Shown here piece by piece: positions 63,767-64,000 of a stretch of 64,000 bases of DNA. The notes beneath the pieces are model-generated. The model was not told where the DNA came from, did not search any database, and was given only the letters and a program-made list of their open reading frames with translations. The first letter of the stretch is position 1; every line of letters begins with the position of its first letter. The stretch is from an uncultured Chthonomonadaceae bacterium (GTDB lineage Bacteria > Armatimonadota > Chthonomonadetes > Chthonomonadales > Chthonomonadaceae). The DNA is taken from contig CAWIEK010000049.1 of assembly GCA_963835065.1 (NCBI GenBank), forward strand, positions 480,001-544,000. Reading direction: 5' to 3'. The position numbers were made by a program, and so were the translations under genes.

Positions 63767-64000
63767 TGCCCTGTTCCCCTTCCATCCGTTTCTCTCATTC
63801 CACTGTACGCGGCCTTTCGCCATAAGCCAAGAAAATTCCTGCCGATAAAGCGGCAGGAAGGCTGCACAGGACGAAAGGCCAGCTGTAGGCGCGACGTATG
63901 CCGACAGAGTATAACTTTAGAGCCACCCCAATTTGAAGGATGATGGATGAGGGTATGTAAAAAAGATATGTAGAGGCAACGTCGAAATCTTGGCAATACA

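Noticed and set aside
37892..64000. Direct repeat 37892/63959 as attL/attR of a 26-kb island
   Set aside because: No integrase or tRNA, and the interval includes housekeeping nrdR/nrdJ; treated as a dispersed element.

Overview
Bacterial chromosomal window, moderately GC-rich. Gene content (PEP-CTERM protein, S55 peptidase, GHL10 hydrolase, ccm operon) suggests an Armatimonadota-like diderm; this is inference, not a database result. Many genes carry single-base indels at short homopolymers, consistent with residual assembly errors. Left end (1-7116): a PDZ-TPR-CHAT caspase-like protease gene, an expanded ECF-like sigma factor and a double zf-HC2 membrane anti-sigma factor (missing from the ORF track), divergent from a PEP-CTERM gene. 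A shared TGTAAG-N13/14-CACCAAC motif lies upstream of both the anti-sigma and PEP-CTERM genes. This putative protease-triggered sigma signalling module is the best candidate for a little-described system. Next come a DUF559 endonuclease inside four REP-like palindromes, envelope genes (O-antigen ligase, two GT2), a garbled AAA-ATPase/DUF4276-like pair, two cyclophilins, hisF-hisI, an S55/beta-propeller fusion and ccmABCDEF. A type I R-M cluster contains vapBC, a RAYT with REPs that truncates rhuM, and an hsdS whose target-recognition domains look chimeric. An nrdR-HAD-nrdJ operon has NrdR boxes and two LAGLIDADG inteins, with locally AT-shifted codons at the intein-free active-site loop. The right end holds two alpha-galactosidases. 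Inverted arrays of 7-9-mer tandem repeats and small palindromic elements occur throughout, some inserted in frame into proteins. No rRNA, tRNA or CRISPR array was seen.
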